DNA of 64,000 nt. Source: Nannocystis pusilla. GTDB lineage: Bacteria; Myxococcota_A; Polyangia; Nannocystales; Nannocystaceae. The position numbers and the translations under genes are program-made. Of this stretch, positions 60,453-64,000 are shown one piece after another; the stretch's first letter is position 1, and every line of letters begins with the position of its first letter. The notes below the pieces were generated by a model. It made no database searches. It had not been told where the DNA came from and was given only the letters and a program-made list of their open reading frames with translations. The DNA is taken from the NCBI RefSeq assembly GCF_049337375.1, contig NZ_JBMPIV010000001.1. One strand, written 5' to 3'.

Positions 60453-61232
60453 TCACGGAGCACCTCGTTTCACACCGCGGAGGAAGAAGCGGACGATGGT
60501 CCTGGCGTCGCGCTCGGGGTCGGGGTCGGCGGGCAATCCCCACAGGCCGCCGAGCACGCCGAAGCTGAGCAGCATGCCCTGGAAGGCGCGCGCGAGCCGG
60601 TAGGGGTCGTCGTCGACGAGCTCGCCGGATTCGACGTAGCGGCGCATCACCGCGGCGAGGCCGTGGATCGAGCGGTCGGCGGCGTCGGACAGCTCGCCGA
60701 GGATGCTGCTGCCGCGCAGGCGCTCGACGAGGATGATGCGCATGAGGTCGGCGTCGTCGCGCATCTGCGTGAGCGCGGCGACGGCGAGCCGCTCGAGATC
60801 GAGGGCGAGGTCGCCGGAGGGCTCGCGCGCGGTGCCCCAGACGACCTGGCGAATGTTCATACTCTGGGCGAAGGCGCGGAGGAGGCCCTTCTTGTCGCCA
60901 AATTGGCGGTAGACGGTGGCCGTGCCGACGCCGGCGGCCTCGGCGATGGCCTCGACGGTGGCGCCCTCGAGGCCCTGGCGCGAGAAGACGTCGCGCGCGG
61001 CGGCGAGCACCTTCTCGCGCGCGTCTCCGCGCATGGGGGCGTCCACCCCCGCGGCCGCGAGCTGCTGGATGAGGGCCTCGCGGCTGCCGACGAGGCGGTA
61101 GGCCGAACTGCGGGAGATACCCGCAGCCTCGGCCAAACGGTCCATGGTGAGCGCTTCAGGCCCAGCCTCGTCGAGCAGCCGCCGCGCGACTTCGAGCAGC
61201 TCGGGGAGGGTGACCGGTCCTTGGGATGGCAC
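60453..61232 (-). CDS. TetR/AcrR family regulator, possibly with a duplicated N-terminal HTH
   Basis: Two HTH-like segments are present: LTMDRLAEAAGISRSSAYRL and ATVEAIAEAAGVGTATVYRQF. The stop is 2 nt from the start of the RPH-like gene. The start is uncertain: 61034 (MRGDAREK), about 61232 (GTG), or 61334. The first roughly 35 codons of the 61334 option use rare codons. Confidence 0.65.
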   Translation of the reverse strand: MPSQGPVTLPELLEVARRLLDEAGPEALTMDRLAEAAGISRSSAYRLVGSREALIQQLAAAGVDAPMRGDAREKVLAAARDVFSRQGLEGATVEAIAEAAGVGTATVYRQFGDKKGLLRAFAQSMNIRQVVWGTAREPSGDLALDLERLAVAALTQMRDDADLMRIILVERLRGSSILGELSDAADRSIHGLAAVMRRYVESGELVDDDPYRLARAFQGMLLSFGVLGGLWGLPADPDPERDARTIVRFFLRGVKRGAP

Positions 61233-61335
61233 GAGAGATATGTGAATCAATCGTTCCGTTCCGTCAAGGGGCGTCACGGGAGGGCGACGAATCTTGTTCG
61301 CGCAGGGCGGAAGCGCGCGCGACGAATGTGCCACC

Positions 61336-61470
61336 GAGACGAGATGTCCGCGAGGACGGGTGATTGCGCGATTGCAGTGATTCGAGGGGGCCGCGGTGGG
61401 GTCGCGAAATCACGTGTCTCCGAGGACGAGACGTTCGCGGAGGCACGTGATTATTTCGGCTGCAGTGATT
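61336..61470. promoter_or_regulatory. Complex repeat region upstream of the TetR-RPH-like operon: roughly 55-bp imperfect direct repeat x2 and inverted repeat AATCACGTG-N27-CACGTGATT
   Basis: Read directly: GACGAGAtGTcCGCG..GTGATT...GCAGTGATTCGAGG..GCCGCG appears twice, and aaatcacgtg...cacgtgatt. Confidence 0.45.
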
Positions 61471-61498
61471 CGAGGATGCCGCGATTGCGGCGTCGACG

Positions 61499-62761
<1,263 letters not shown>

Positions 62762-62921
62762 TTGTTAGGCGATAACTGAGGCGGGCCACGATCGCGCACG
62801 GGCCGCGTCTCTCGGGACTTCGCGGTCGCGTGTGCTCGCGGGCGCGCTCCGGCGGGCGCGGTTCGGCGCGCTGCGGGGAGGTTCCGGGGCCCGCGCACCG
62901 CCGCGGCGTGGCATGCTCGCC

Positions 62922-63281
62922 GGCATGGCTCGCAACAATCCCGTGCTCGCGTTCTCCATCGTCGGCGCGGCGTTCCTGGCGGTCGGCGTGGGCTGGTGCG
63001 TGGTCGACCAGCTCGATCGGCAGGAGGTCGCGCTCCTGCAGCAGGAGGGGGCGATCGGCACGGCGCGCGTGATCTCGTACGAGGACACGGGCTCGGCGCA
63101 GAACGGAAAGCCGCGGCTTCGGTTCCGCTTCGAGATCCAGCCCGAGGACGGGGGCGCGCCGGTCCAGGTCGAGAAGACGCTGGTGGTGACCGCCATGGAA
63201 GCGCCGCGGCTGCAGGTCGGCTCGCTCCGCAAGGTGCGCTACCTGCCGCGCGACCCGGAGGTGTTCCGTTTGCTGGACTGA
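62922..63281 (+). CDS. Hypothetical small membrane protein (DUF3592-like)
   Basis: MARNNPVLAFSIVGAAFLAVGVGWCVV gives an N-terminal TM followed by a beta-rich domain. The start was chosen inside the longer ORF. Confidence 0.4.
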   Translation, partial: GMARNNPVLAFSIVGAAFLAVGVGWCVVDQLDRQEVALLQQEGAIGTARVISYEDTGSAQNGKPRLRFRFEIQPEDGGAPVQVEKTLVVTAMEAPRLQVGSLRKVRYLPRDPEVFRLLD

Positions 63282-63595
63282 CCCCGCCGTGCGCCGGTGA
63301 ACGCGGGCGCGGCTACGACCGCGTCGAGCTGCGTCACGACGCGACGATGAGCGCGCTGCGAGAGGTGCGGGACCTCGCGGGCTCGGCGTGCGCCGCGGCG
63401 CGCTTGTACTGGGCGAGCTCCGATGCCGCGTGGCGGGCCTTCACTTCGACGCGCACGTCGCTGTCCCGCCTGCGGAAGTGAAGTCGGTCCTGACGGCGTC
63501 GTGGCAGGCGCTGCTCGCAAGCCGCTGAGGCCGCGAGGCGATCGGGTCGCGGCGGCCGAGGCGATGACGGTAGCGACGGCCTCGGGGTACGTCGC

Positions 63596-64000
63596 TCAGG
63601 CGCAGGTGCCCTTGGGTGTGCCGCACTCGCCGGCGTCGGCGCAGGTGCCGCTGACGCACTCGCCGTCGAAGCGGCACGGCTCGCCGGTCTGCAGCGAGGC
63701 CTCGCAGTAGGAGTCGCCGCATTCGGCGGGGAACTCGGCCTCGCGCTGACCGTGCGGCGGCAGGACGACGACGCCGCTCGCGTCGAGGTCGTCGGCCGGA
63801 TCGGCGGGGCCGCTGCGCTCGGCCTCGGCGCGCTCCCACATGCGCACGAAGGCGTCGGCCGAGTCGCGCAGCGGGGTGGTGTCGGTGCCGAGCTGGTCGA
63901 GGTCGGCGAGGAGGTCGGGCAGGAGGCCGATGTGGCCGAGGCCGGCCTCGTCGAAGCCGGTGCCGAGCGGGGCGGGGCCGCCGGCCAGCTCGTCGCGGGC
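63596..64000 (-). CDS. Hypothetical protein, C-terminal part only, with a Cys-rich knottin-like tail; the gene begins beyond the window end
   Basis: The open frame continues to the window edge. The C-terminus is ECGDSYCEASLQTGEPCRFDGECVSGTCADAGECGTPKGTCA. Confidence 0.35.
   Translation of the reverse strand, partial: ARDELAGGPAPLGTGFDEAGLGHIGLLPDLLADLDQLGTDTTPLRDSADAFVRMWERAEAERSGPADPADDLDASGVVVLPPHGQREAEFPAECGDSYCEASLQTGEPCRFDGECVSGTCADAGECGTPKGTCA

Noticed and set aside
61233-61334. MAHSS... start (61334) for the TetR regulator
   Set aside because: The first roughly 35 codons use GGA, GAA, CGA, TTG, ATT, ATA, TCT, CCA and CAA, which are atypical for this genome. They overlap the repeat/operator region and are more likely promoter DNA. 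A start at about 61232 or 61034 is preferred but unresolved.

Overview
This is a roughly 70% GC, gene-dense window. Its content looks Myxococcota-like (inference): many lipoproteins with Thr/Pro/Ser-rich linkers, a TIGR02232-type 'Myxococcus cysteine-rich repeat' protein, a fibro-slime domain protein, and a Ser/Thr kinase with TPR repeats. The most notable locus is a 2-methylisoborneol (2-MIB) cassette at 35.8-40.9 kb on the minus strand: two paralogous cNMP-binding-domain proteins of the Family 2B encapsulin shell type ('cnb'), then a GPP 2-C-methyltransferase, then a 382-aa type-I terpene synthase with DDxxD and NDLYSxxxE motifs. It lies immediately upstream of a mycobacteria-like lhr-nei operon. 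The second notable signal is a dispersed family of CATG-centred palindromes (consensus GGRCATGYCC, often in 22-26 bp perfect hairpins). At least 30 copies are clustered in about 12 intergenic regions, mostly at the 3' ends of genes, and they explain many spurious 'MSxxTCP' six-frame ORFs. Other calls of note are a solitary beta-class DNA methyltransferase, an ERG4/ERG24/DHCR7-type sterol reductase homolog, and an ECF sigma factor with a fused transmembrane C-terminal extension followed by three Cys-rich lipoproteins and a vWA lipoprotein. There is also a TetR - rifampicin-phosphotransferase-like (PEP-utilising) - small membrane protein operon with a complex repeat/operator region, a TetR/hydrolase divergent pair with perfect palindromic operators, and two roughly 60-65 bp GC-rich tandem minisatellites. 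No rRNA, tRNA, CRISPR array or recognisable transposase was seen. Because GC is high, most long antisense ORFs in the six-frame track are artefacts. Several start codons were re-assigned using signal peptides, codon third-position GC and RBS context.
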